Assembly: GCA_009914755.4 (NCBI GenBank)
Contig: CP068257.2
Span: 35,712,001-35,776,000 of the forward strand
Reading direction: 5' to 3'
DNA from: the human T2T-CHM13v2.0 reference genome, Homo sapiens
DNA length: 64,000 nt
The translations under genes and the position numbers were made by a program. Positions 42,830 to 56,000 of the stretch are shown here, piece by piece. Under the pieces are notes generated by a model, which saw nothing but the letters and a program-made list of their open reading frames with translations, was not told the DNA's origin and ran no database searches. Numbering within the stretch: the stretch's first letter is position 1; every line of letters starts with the position of its first letter.

Positions 42830-43060
42830 TTATAGACAGCAGTTGAGGCAGCATGATACTGTGGAAAGATCCCCTGCCCATGAAACCATGAACAGAGGCT
42901 CCAGAATCTGGCTGATCTGAGTCTCAACAGGTTCTGTTGGCTGTGTGACTTTAGGTACAGTGATTTCACCAAACATCAGTTCCCTCATCTGTAAAATGAG
43001 GTTGATAGTAATTAGCATAGGAATCTTGTGAAAATTGAGATAATGCATGTACATTTCTTC
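42830..43060 (+). mobile_element. MIR SINE
   Basis: ...GGCTGATCTGAGTCTCAACAGGTTCTGTTGGCTGTGTGACTTTAGGTACAGTGATTTCACCAAACATCAGTTCCCTCATCTGTAAAATGAGGTTGATAGTAATTAGCATAGGAATCTTGTGAAAATTGAGATAATGCATGTACA, similar to the MIR core ...CTGTGTGACCTTGGGCAAGTTACTTAACCTCTCTGTGCCTCAGTTTCCTCATCTGTAAAATGGGGATAATAAT...GTGAGGATTAAATGAGTTAATACATGTAAAG. Confidence 0.7.
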
Positions 43061-44863
43061 ATGGATTTCTTTCTCCTCCTTTTTTCTCTCCTCATCTTCA
43101 TTCATGCTCATTCTGTGATCCTAGCATAAATATTTTCTTCAGAGAGGCCTTCCCCAAACCAGGTAGTCTTCCTTGGCCATGCATTCTTTTTTTTGGCCAA
43201 GCAGGACCATTTGTTTTTCTTTGCAACCCTTACTGCAAATATGATTATTCATATATGTTCTTATATATAATTGTTCATTAAATTTCATTTAATATAATTG
43301 TAAATTTAATTTCTCCATTAAATTTTAAAGTCCATTTGGACAGGAAGAAGTTTTTCTTGATCATGGCTGTAACTCCAGTGCCTGGCACATAGGGGGTTTA
43401 GATTCATAGAATGATAGAATGCGGAACCTGTATGTTGAATCCTTCCTGACTACCACTCCTTAGCCATGTCATCTTGGGCAAAACAGCTTCTCCTCGCTTC
43501 AGTATCCTGTATGCCAGATATAGATAGCACCGGCTGCCCTGCCCAGGATTTTGAGAATGTGAAATGAGACACTATAATGAAGTGCTGAAGTGTAAAATGC
43601 CATATAAATATAAAATGGCACAGTAGCAATAATCTCAGTAATGGGGTTATTCAGTAGGAAGCTCTATTGTGACTTAAGAGTATAGAATTTTAGCTTTGCT
43701 GAGTTGGTTGGTAGCTAATATTTAAGAGTTACGATAAATTTAAGCTTTCTTATATGTACCAGTTAGAATGTAGATGGGCCTGTTTCTGACTAAATACAGT
43801 GGCTTAAACGAGAAATTTATTTTTCCTTCATAAAACAACAGTATAACTTATCTAAGGCTGATATGGTGGCACCACGATGTGAGGGAGCTTGGTTCCTTCT
43901 GTCTTGTTGCTTTCCTGTGCTTACCATTTTCTTCATAGTACAAGGCAGTTTCTCACTACATCCACAGTCCAGGAATAGGATTTTGGGAAGGCACATTCCA
44001 TCCCTTTAAAGACAAACCTGGAAGTTGCATACATGATTTTTCTTCATACCCTATTGGTCATAACTTAGTCATGTGGCCATGTTTAGATACAAAGGAGTCT
44101 GGGATATGTGGTCTTTGATAGGTGACTATTTGGCTGAAAATTTGGGTCTACTGAAGAAGGGGAGAATGGGGGATGATTAAACATTGCCTGTTACACTTCA
44201 AAATGTTTTGGGAGAAGCTTCCAGAAATAGACTTTGAAAATACAATGGATTGCATTAGTTAATAAGTTTATTTTCTGTATTTAATCATTAATTTTTTAAA
44301 CTATGGTATGTGAATTCAAATAGACCGTTATGCAAAATATAAGTAAGTGGTCAGATTAGAAAAATGTAGCTATACTTTTAGTAGTGAAGGGATTTTGGGT
44401 CTAATAACAGTTATTTTACTGACGCTTTATTTTCTGATAGAAACATGGTTCTTGATTGCTGTGCTTGTATCACGTAAGCAATATTTGAAATCTGAGCTTT
44501 TGCATTTAGTGTTAATAGTCCACTGGACCAACTGAATGTCTTCTTGCTCATACCCTCAGCAAACAATGCTACAATAACACTCGCATGTTGTCAGGATGTC
44601 ATAAAGATTTGAGTCACCGAACACTGCAAGAAGGATGATAGCAGAGATATTTAAACGTACATTTACTATCTAGTATGTTCCTCTTGAATTCCTGTGGATT
44701 TGAAAAAAGAGAAATATAAATATCTAAGATTCCCTTAAACTATGAAATATTATTAGCTCTAGTACAGACTTGGGAAAACTAATGGTTCCCAAACAGTCTT
44801 CTGGAGAACTTGTCAAAGTTAAGAGATTTCCAAGCTCAGATGCCTCTCTTTCTGTAGGTTTAG

Positions 44864-45177
<314 letters not shown>

Positions 45178-45809
45178 TGGAATCTGTTTTCTTAAGGACT
45201 CCAGGTAATCCTGATGCAGTAGGAACATTTTGAGAAACACCAATAAAGTTCATTTCTCACATATTAGAGAAGGAAGTGGGTGCAGAGAAGCTGAGTGACT
45301 AATCAGTGCCTCAGAATAAGCAGGCCTGGGACTAGCATTGTTTTTCCTGACTCTTCGTTCTTTGTTCTTTCTACAGAAGAGGGAATAAAGGACAAGGTGT
45401 ACAGAGTGCAGTGGGATTTTATAGGAATAGTTATCATCTTAAAGTAAGTATGTGGCTTTTAATGTGGGAGCTTATGTCTAGTGAATGGTTGGCCCAGTTG
45501 TCCTTTTTGCCCTATAGAAAAATAATGTGAATATTTAAATACTCAAGTGAATGTTTAAAGGTTAAGTGAATATTTAAAGGTGAAAAGCTGAAGGTTTTAA
45601 GTAAGGTTTTGTTAGTATCAGCACTATTGTGGGCAATGTATATACAGCATTAGAATAGATGTATAGGCAGCTACTTACTTGACATGATTAGAAGGAACAA
45701 AGGTAGTTCTTGTCCTCAAATTACTACTTTCCTTTTAGGTTGCTTGTAATTTTCACTGTTGGAATTCATTTCATTAGATTAAGATAAAATCTGGAATTCT
45801 CTAGTTTAA

Positions 45810-46135
<326 letters not shown>

Positions 46136-46554
46136 TGGAGGAATATTCTTTACCTGTTATGAGGTTAACACTTTATTTGTATCAGTTATTATTATTAGAT
46201 CTAGCCTGAAAACCCATAGCCCTAAATTGGAACAGGCATGCCTGTTTTTGCACCCAAAAGTTGCCTTTTGGCCCGCCAAGCCCCCCTCTTCCTATACCAA
46301 TATAAACCTGAAACCGCAGGCCCCACAAGCAGACGAGGAGATGAAGAACAGAATGACAGAATGGCTTGGCAGAGAGAAGAGAGAGTCTGAGTGCTGGGAG
46401 GAGTTCCACTGGGAGTGGTCAAAGGGGAGAACAGCTGCTTAGTGCAGGTGTCAGTCCAGAAATCAGAATGATGCCTGCACTAAGAATGTTTTGGAAAGGA
46501 GGGAAGAACACAGTCCATGTGCCCTTTACTGAGAAAAATGAAGGGTATGTTTAG

Positions 46555-46832
46555 GCCAGGCGCAGTGGCTCATGCCTGTAATCGCAGCACTTTGGGAGGC
46601 CAAGGCGAGTGGATCACGAGGTCAGGAGTTCGAGACCAGCCTGGCTAAAATGGTGAAACCCCCATCTCTACTACAGATACAGAAATTAGCCAGGTGCAGT
46701 AGTGAGTGTCTGTAGTCCCAGGTACTTGGGAGGCAGAGGCAGGATAATTGTTGGAACCCTGGAAGCGGAGGTTGCAGTGGGCTGAGATCGTGCCACTGCG
46801 ACAGAGTGAGACTTCGTCTCAATTTTTTTTTT
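46555..46832 (+). mobile_element. Alu SINE with a 13-bp TSD and an anomalous T-run where the A-tail should be
   Basis: GCCAGGCGCAGTGGCTCATGCCTGTAATCGCAGCACTTTGGGAGGCCAAGGCGAG...GCGACAGAGTGAGACTTCGTCTCAA followed by T10, not poly-A; flanks AAGGGTATGTTTA at 46541-46553 and 46833-46845. Confidence 0.85.
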
Positions 46833-47440
46833 AAGGGTATGTTTAAGAAATATCACCTTGTGGTATGGTCATGGGAAGGTTCATGTGAGTATTCTCTGGT
46901 GGCCAGAGGTTGGTAGTGTTAGCTTGCTTCGATGGCTTCCTATCACTGAGAGTGTTGGTAATGGCACTGTGGGTAATTCTGCCTAGGACCCTGCGCTTGA
47001 TTAACTACTGGACTAGAGGGAGTGTCCCTGTTTTCTTACTGTCTTATTTGTTAGGGCCCGTATTTGAGCAGTGTTATCAAACATATAAGGTACGGTTCTG
47101 ATCATCTAGGATATTCTAGTTTTTAAAGAGATCCACAAGTAGTATATAGTTTAAAAAAACAAGCTCTGTGGAATGATAGCAGATCATTTCCCCCTTCTCA
47201 TGTTCCATAATAATAACTGTTCAGTTTTTCCTACCAGAAATGTATGCATGTGTATATATACACACACAATTATATATATTATACTTTTAGTATGTATTGT
47301 GTTAGAAAACTATGTATGATTCCATTATTTTTAAGTGCATAGACAGGTGTGTGTGTGTGTATGTACACAGTGTCTGTGTATTTAAAATCCAAACCAAATG
47401 GGATCAGACATACTAAACACACAGTTTTGCAACTTAAGCT

Positions 47441-47743
<303 letters not shown>

Positions 47744-47802
47744 ATTTTTTTTTACTTGACCTATGTTAGAAATATTTCCATGTCAGCTCACAGAGCTCCC
47801 AT

Positions 47803-48082
47803 TTTTTAAAATTTGGGACAGAGTCTCGCTGTCACTGAGGCTGAAGTGCAGTGGCATGATCATAGTTCACTGCAGCCTTGACCTCCTGGGTTCAAGCGAT
47901 CCTCTCACCTTAGCCTCCTGAGTAGCTGAGATTATAGGTGTACACCACCACACCCAGCTAATTTTTAAATTTTTTGTTGAGACATAGTCTTGCTATGTTG
48001 CCTAGGCTGGTCTTGAACTCCTGGCCTCAGTGATCCTCCTGTCTTGTCCTCTCACAGTGCAGCTGTGAGACACTGCCCAGCC
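47803..48082 (-). mobile_element. Alu SINE (older, AluJ-like)
   Basis: GGGACAGAGTCTCGCTGTCACTGAGGCTGAAGTGCAGTGGCATGATCATAGTTCACTGCAGCCTTGACCTCCTGGGTTCAAGCGATCC...CTGTGAGACACTGCCCAGCC. Confidence 0.85.
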
Positions 48083-48576
48083 TCTATTGTTCTTAATGGT
48101 CGGAAAGTATTCTGTTCTATGGTTGTACCTCTGTTTAGTCAGACTGCATTAAAGGACATTTAAGTTCATATTTTTGCTCTTTTAAACAATGCTGGTGCGT
48201 ACTTCCTTGCATGTATAGTTGTGTTCTGTGAGTATTGGCCATAGGATGTCTATTTATAAGGAAAGTGGCTGGTTCACCAGGTATATGGATATTTGAATAT
48301 ATGTTGCCATATTGTCTTCCAGAAAAGTAGCAGTAGTTTATGCTTTCACCAGCAGTGTCTGAGAGTGTATAGTTTCTCAAATCTCACCAACACTGTTGTT
48401 ACCTTAGATTTTTGTGAATGTAATAGGTGAATAATGATGTCTAGTTGTTTGGATTTGCATTTCTTTAATTATGACTGAGTTTGAACACCTTAAGTTGTAC
48501 TATAAGATTTTTATTTTAAATAACAAAATAATTCATTCTTCATCAGATGTATGTTATAGTTAAAGTATTTCCTGGG

Positions 48577-48875
48577 GGCCAGGCATGGTTTCTCACACCT
48601 GTAATCCCAGCAATTTGGGAGGCCGAGGTGGGCTGATCACCTGAGGTTGGGAGTTTGAGACGACCCTGACCGACATGGAGAAACCCTGTCTCTACTAAAA
48701 ATACAAAATCAGCCGGGTGTGGTGGTACATGCCTGTAATCCCAGCTACTGGGGAGGCTGAGGCAGGAGAATTGCTTGAACCTGGGAGGCGGACGTGGTGG
48801 TGAGCCGGAGATCACGCCATTGCACTCCAGCCTGGGCAACAAGAGCGAAACTCCATCTCGAAAAACAAAACAAAA
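48577..48875 (+). mobile_element. Alu SINE
   Basis: GGCCAGGCATGGTTTCTCACACCTGTAATCCCAGCAATTTGGGAGGCCGAGGTGGGCTGATCACCTGAGG...(CAAAA)n tail. Confidence 0.9.
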
Positions 48876-50174
48876 GTATTTTTTGGGTTCCCTTTATTTC
48901 GTTACTCTGTTGATTGAATAACTGATGTTTTGATAAATTGTAAATGCCTACAGAAAAGAGGGCTCTTGTTCTTCTTCAATTGAGTGAACATTTGCATGTC
49001 CTCTGTATGAGATATGAGTCGTGGTAGAAGCTTTTGATTATAAAAGTGAATAAGGTTTGGTTACATCTGCTTTTAATGTTGAGATAGGTGTGTCAATACA
49101 GGAAAACTTGAACACAGATAAGACCATGGCCGTTAACAGTTAGAGGGGTTGACATGTGGAGAGCTAGAAGAGCACAGGAAGTAAGACAATTATGGGGATT
49201 CGAGTGTGCATTGTGGAGATGGGACTGGGTCTCGATCTTGAAGAGTGGATGGATGGGCTTTTTATGGTGGAACCTGAGGACTTGACAGTCTATTGGAGGA
49301 AGTCATGTGGGCAATGGGTGGTGGTGGGAAATGAAGGTGACTTTGAAGAATGACAGAGTCATATCCCTGGAGCATCAGATGAGGGAGAGAGGGAGGGAGA
49401 GTGAGTTTGGTATGCTCAGGGAGTGAAGGGGACACTTGTGGACATGAGAGTGGGGTTGAGTCTTAATATTATAAAGATATGAATTTGGGGCGATTGAGGG
49501 TTTTTCAGCAGGGATTAGGACAGATCTGTGGGTTGGAGGGAGGTGACACTGTAAGAAGGAGGGTTTGGAAGGCAGGACCATTCTAGATGTAATGTATAGG
49601 CATGAGGGAATACGAAGAGGTGAAAAGTGGAAGACAGATGGGAAAACCTTAAAAATATTCTTAATTATACTTTAATTTCCAACAGACCAAAGTGAGTATT
49701 TCTGGATTCAAACAGCAACATGGCCAAGTTTTTGGAGATAGGAAAAAGAGTATTAAGCTTTGTTGGCAGTATACTAAAAGGTTCTAGGAATGCAGTGATT
49801 AGGTTTTAGTGGGACATGGAGAATATGTCCTACTGAGGACCTGAAGGAACTGTTGAGGAACTGAAGATAAAATTATTATTGTAGTTCAGACCTTACATTA
49901 GGGACAGGTGGAAATAATTTGCAGCACCATTAAATATGAGCTAAAAAATAGGGCAGTGGGAGAGGGCAATGTTTGAAGCTGTGAATCTGTAAAGGAAAAG
50001 GTTGTATCATAATTCATGGTTTGGAAAATGGAGAGTAGCTGAGCATGTGAGCAGTTTCATTTTTTCTGAGCATCTTAGTATTTGCCTGAAAAAAATCTCA
50101 TATTCTCTTTATTTTTTCATGTATCCTAATTGGAAGACTGGTTATTTAAAAAGCATTTATCTTGTGGAGTGATA

Positions 50175-50300
50175 GAACTATTTATTGAGCACCTGCTGGT
50201 GCCAAATATAGAAAAACCTGGGGCCTGGGAATCAGTGCTGAAACAAAGGCCACTCCTGTCCCTGCTATCACGGATGTTACGTTCTGGCTGGGGGAATCTT
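50175..50300 (-). mobile_element. MIR fragment, antisense
   Basis: CTATTTATTGAGCACCTGCTGGTGCCAAATATAGAAAAACCTGGGGCCTGGGAATCAGTGCTGAAACAAAGGCCACTCCTGTCCCTGCTATCACGG, similar to the rc MIR 3' end TATTTATTGAGCACCTACTATGTGCCAGGCACTGTGCTAAG... Confidence 0.45.
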
Positions 50301-51972
50301 TAATAGTTCTTGAGTAGGCCTAAGGACTTAGTCTAGAATAGATACAAATTAAATTTTCCTTAAAGCGAACATAGAGTCTATAAAATGGAATAATTTTTGA
50401 TGTTGCTTTTTGAAGGTCAAAAAATTTTTGTTTCATTTTAGAGTCCTTTTAACAGTTAATTTTGACTTAAAAGTTTGTTTGGATAAAAATAGGACTCTAG
50501 CCCTTAAGACAAATACTGTCTGTTGAAAAATTTATTCTGATTTGGTTATTTTCCCTCGAAAAAAACAACTGTTACCACAGTGGTGTTTTTTACTTTATCT
50601 TTACATCAAATGTTCGTTATTGAGAGACATTGCTTCTGTGATATAAAAGATTGTTTTGTAAAAGTTTGTTGAAACAACAATGGTAAGATCCTATAGGATC
50701 TCATTGAGTATTTTACAGTTTAATTTTTTTTTTTTGTATTTCGTTGTTGTGGTTCTGTAGTACAATTTAAAACATCAGTAAAGCTAGGTAAATTTACCTA
50801 GGAATTGGCCTGAAGGCCCACAGTTACTCAGCAATATTAGAGACAGCTATGCAAAGGGAGAAGCCAGGCGTTTTAAGATTCACGGGAGACAGTTTGTAGG
50901 AAGGCTGTTTGCTGAATAAGACAAAGATACAGACATGCAAAGTAAAGGATGTGGGCCTATAGGGAAGGTCAAAGAATAAGGAAAGTTCACTTGAGTGAGC
51001 AGAAATGGAAGAGGGATTTAAGCAAATAGATGAACAAGAATTGTCTCTCCTAAAAAAAAAAAACCTACACAATTATTTGATGATTTATTATGACTTTTGG
51101 GGTAGAGACCACGCTAGTCACAGGATCTGCAAGCCCTGCCACCTGGATGATCTGGCTCCAGCTGGCTCACTGCCTCTTCTCACCAGTCTCTGGATCATGT
51201 GACTGTACCGGCTCCTAGTCTTTGCATATGCTGCTTCCTTGGCTTGGGATCATCACTTCTATCAGCTCTTCTATCCCTTCTATGCGCTCTTCGTTTTAAA
51301 AATCTCATGTGTCCTTGTACTCTTCCTTCATAACGCTTATTACAGTTGATAATTTTTTAGTGCTTATTTGATTAATGCCCTCCAGAGATGAGGACCAGTA
51401 GTGTTTTGCTCTCTCTTGCAATCTCAGTGGTTGGCAGGGTGCTTGGCACATAGTAAACACTAAATAAACATTTGTTGAATGAATCAGTGAACTACATGCT
51501 TTGGTCTTTACTAGTTGGTCTCAAGGACCAAAAACCTACAGTAGGAAGATGTTTGTTGGACTAAGAGATTAGCAGGAAATATGAGAGCTTTGAGGAAAAA
51601 GGAAAAGATGAAGTTTTTTAAAGATAGGATTAGAAAGTTCTATGTAGTCAGGAGAAAGAAAATTATTCGTGGAATAATTCAACAAATGCACATGAAATGC
51701 CTACTATGTATTGAGAATTAGATACTGGAAATGTGGAGTGGAAAGATTCTGTCTTCTGTATTAAAGGAGTGTATAATTGTAGTAGTTTACTGAAATGGGG
51801 ACAGTCCTTAGTGGTTGTTTGGAGCAGGTGTAAGTTGTGGAGAGGGATCAGCCTGGATCAGGATATTCTTCACTCTTCTAGCCGACACAGTGAAGTTCAT
51901 TCAGCAGTTATATCTGGAATGTAGCTCTGGCATTTGTAGTAGCTTTCAGGTGCATATCGAATATAAGTGCTA

Positions 51973-52158
<186 letters not shown>

Positions 52159-52546
52159 TTATTTGTTTAAAGACTGACAGAATAGTTCATTTGGATTCTT
52201 TTTGGCTTTAACTTCAAGTTTGGACAACAGAACAAGAATGAGGAAAAGTTTGTAGTATGGACAAGTTTTCAAAAGAATGAGTCGTGTAGTTAGAAAATTG
52301 AAGCTGTTGATCTTGTCAGCTGAATGAGCTTTCTTAAAGCTTATAAAGGGATATGTTTGAATATAGTTTTATAACCTTTTTCAGTGACTAATTTCTGTAG
52401 TAAATATTTGGAAAAGCAAATCATCACATAATTCCTGCAGGTCTCTTTGTGCCTGGCTCCATGCTAAGCTCTTGGGACATAATAGTGAATCAGATGGATA
52501 TTCATGGTTCCTGCCCTCATGAAGCTTGCTTTCTTTTTTTTTTTAA

Positions 52547-52683
52547 AAAAAAAAATTAAATTTTTTTTTATAGTGATCTCACTTTTACGGGGATCTCACT
52601 TTGTTGCCCAGGCTGGTCCAAACTCCTGGGCTCAAGTGATCCTCCTGCCTCAGCCTCATGAAGCGTAAGCCACTGTGCCTAGC
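52547..52683 (-). mobile_element. Alu left-arm fragment with poly-T
   Basis: ...GGGGATCTCACTTTGTTGCCCAGGCTGGTCCAAACTCCTGGGCTCAAGTGATCCTCCTGCCTCAGCCTCATGAAGCGTAAGCCACTGTGCCTAGC. Confidence 0.75.
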
Positions 52684-54164
52684 AGTTGAAGCTTTCAGTT
52701 AGTCAGAACTCCCTGGAGTGAGTGTAAAGGAAAACCTGGCTTGTGGATTGGGTGAGCAGTTGTATTGATTTACTTATTTATTTATAATTTCTTGAACTTA
52801 GTTTTGGTAGCACCGTTTTAAACTACTTTAAACTACTTGTTGCTTTATTTCTGGTAACATAGGGAGTGTGGGATCACACTTACTTTACCAAGGTAAAATA
52901 AAAACTTGGATCTTCAACCTTTTGGCAGATTATTTTCTAAAAAAGGTATTCTTGTAAATCTGAGTTTCTCCTCTTAAAAAGCAAGCTACTATTTAGTAAC
53001 AGTAACAATAGCTACTATTAATCAGTTACCTGCAGCAGACCAGCCACTGGCCTACTGAATGAATAACTATTTATTATTAGTTATTTTAATATACCTAGAA
53101 AGTGATTGGTATTATCCGTGTTTACCTCCAGATAATAAAAAGCCTAAACAGTTAAGTGCCGTAAAGTTGAACATTTAGAGAAAAAGAAGAGTTTCTGTAA
53201 CCCATTAACTGAAGAAATAGATAAAAGTTCTGGCATGCTGGGATTGATACCTTGTGTTATTGGTTCATTAGTTTTTTTGGATTATAAACAAGATAATCTA
53301 ACACCTTTCTGTGTTTGGGGAAGTCTTTATCTTAGGAGTCTTTGTGAGAGGGAGAGCGATCTCCACCATTAAGAAAGCTAATTGTTCACTTTCCCCACCG
53401 CTTTTGCAGTTAGGATGCAATCCTGTGGCCTCCATGACTGGCAGTGCTTGCCTACCTCAGAGGCCAGTGATCTGCAGAGGCAGGCGGTATGTAGAATCTG
53501 TATTCTCTAGTCAAGGAGGGATGGGGATGGGATAGCAGCTTATCTTTTCCATAGGCAGCAGTGACTGAGATTCCAGTTGCAACACTTAGTGCCTGGTGTT
53601 GGTATCAGTATAAGTTGCAGTGACTGAGTCTCATTTGGTCTTCACTGGACCATATCTGTGGTTTGAATTTTGGATGTTCTTAACTATGTAGCTTTCCAGC
53701 CTGGTCCCCATGGGGTTTTCTGTGAGTTGCCTAATACACTTTAATAACTTCCTTTCAGCTTAAACAAAGCCAGAGCCAGTTTCTTTGTTTGCAACTAAGA
53801 ACCTTTACTTGGAAGATGCTAATTAAGACAATAGATAATTCCAAGGAACTCTCCTGGGTCAGGTTTACCTGCATGTAGATTAGAATTTACTGAGAAGAGT
53901 TCACAGCATATATTAAGTGAAATACTTAGAAACCTGTTTATTGATTTAATTAGTTTGCTGAATTTGAGTGCCTCTTCTTGGCTGCGATATGTTTTAGGTG
54001 TTAAGGATACAGGAGTGACAAGATTGACAAGGTCCCTGCACTCACAGAGCTTATGTTCCATTGTAAGATGTAGAGTAAACAAGAAAGCAAATAACATAAT
54101 TACAAAAAGTGATAAATGCCATGAAAAAAATAAAGATGGGGTGATGTGATAGGTAATGGTGTAT

Positions 54165-54186
54165 GTGTGTGTGTGTGTGTGTGTGT
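54165..54186. repeat. (GT)n dinucleotide microsatellite, about 11 units
   Basis: GTATGTGTGTGTGTGTGTGTGTGTGTGTAG. Confidence 0.95.
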
Positions 54187-55554
54187 AGTTGTATCTTAGT
54201 GTAAAACATTTAAACTTCAGTGTCAGGAATCATGGCTTCTGCTTTTGACTATTCTGAATTTGCCTTCCTACTGTAAACATCTAGAAAACTGGACAAAACA
54301 CAGGGAAGAACTGTTTTCAGATATCAGATAATAGGTAGCACAGAACTGTGATCCCTGACAGATGGGAACCAAGTGAGATGAGCCCTGTGATGGCCAGTTT
54401 TCTGCTTGAAGGCACTTTTCACACCTCAGTGCAGGAAGGGGATCCCAGATAAAGCCACGTGGCCCCACTAAGTTGAGAAAACAAAGATTGGAGTTAGGGG
54501 TAACCAAGGGTGGTTGTCATTTGAGGAGCAGAGTTCCAGAGAGGAGGGAGCTATACTGAGAAAGAGTTCTTATACATCTACTTAGTGGTCCCCTTAAATG
54601 TTTGATTGTACATGTATAAGGTGAAGTTTCACAAAAGAACAGTTTCTGGGGGAGCTGTAAGCAGAAAAAATCTCAGAGTTTACAGAGGGCTGAGAATTAT
54701 TTGAGTACCTTGTAACCAGAGTGGAAATGCAGGATTCATTGAGACCCCAGAAGAGTTATGTCTTGGTAGTGGGGCTAAACTAGTCCTGAAGTAAAGACTC
54801 CTAGCTTTGCCTGAAAAAAGCTTAAAAGCAAGCCTTCAAAGAAGCAAACTAATCTGAAACTAATGTAATTGCCTGTTACTACAGTGCCCAACATTCTTTA
54901 AAGGAATATAACAGATCCCAATATTAATCATGTAAAATGTCCAGCATGCAATCAAAGATTACTAAATGTGTAAAGAAGCAGGTTAACATGACTCATAATT
55001 AGGAGATCAAGCAGTTGAAACCTAGAACTCACACAGATGTTAGGGTTGACAGACAAGGATATTAAAACAGTTATTGTATTTCATATGTTCTGAAAGTTTG
55101 GCAGAAACGTGGAAGGTATACAAAAGACCCAGATCAAACTTTTAGCAGCAAAAATTATAATATGTGATATGAAAAATATACTGGGTTGCATTAATGGTAT
55201 TTTAGACATTTAGAAGGAAAGATTAGTGAACTTGAAGACACAGAAGAGAAAACTCAGTCAATAGAAATAGTAATGACAGGTAATAGAATTAGCAGACAAG
55301 GTTGTTAAAGTGGCTGTCATAAAATGCAGGATCAGATTGTGGTTAATGTTGACATCTTGGACGTGAGGTTTGCTTAAGAACAATTGTGACAAGCAGAAGT
55401 TGGCTTCATATATACATCTACATGAAGTTAGAGTAGTTGAAAATCAGTATTTGAGCAGAGCAGGGACTATGGTAGAAGAACTTTATTATGTAGCAGTATG
55501 TTTATCTCTTGCTAAATGACAATATCACCACAGAGTTAGTAGCTTAAAATATAC

Positions 55555-56000
55555 ACTTCCATTTATTATCTCAGTTTCTGTGGGTCAGATGTCTGAGCAC
55601 AGTTTAGCTGAGTCCACTGCTTTAGGGTCTTAGAAGGCTGTAAAGATGTTGGCTGAGGCTGTGGTCTCATTTGAGACTTAACCACAGAAAGATCTCTTCT
55701 AAGCTCATATGGTTGTTGGCAGGATTCTGTTCTTTGTACGCTGTCAATCAGCAAACATTTGCCATCAGTTTCTTGCCATGTGGTCCTTTCTGACACACCC
55801 ACTTACTTTTGCAAAGCCAGTAAAAGAGTCACCTTGCAAGAGGTGTACATCTTAACGTGTCATAACCATGGACATGCCATGCCATTACCTTTGTTGTATT
55901 CTCTTGCTTAAAAACAAGTCACAGGTACTGCCCACACTCGGGGAATGGTGTGCACAGGATGTGAACACTAGGAGGTGGGTCATGGGAGCCTCCATCAAAG
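55555..56000 (+). mobile_element. Ancient interspersed repeat (old LTR/ERV-like family; not confidently classified)
   Basis: CAGTTTCTGTGGGTCAGATGTCTGAGCACAGTTTAGCTGAGTCCACTGCTTTAGGGTCTTAGAAGGCTGTAAAGATGTTGGCTGAGGCTGTGGTCTCATTTGAGACTTAACCACAGAAAGATCTCTTCTAAGCTCATATGGTTGTTGGCAGGATTCTGTTCTTTG...TTCTTGCCATGTGGTCCTTTC...CATGCCATTACCTTTGTTGTATTCTCTTGCTTAAAAACAAGTCACAGGTACTGCCCACACTCGGGGAATGGTGTGCACAGGATGTGAACACTAGGAGGTGGGTCATGGGAGCCTCCATC recalls a high-copy human repeat family. Confidence 0.35.
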
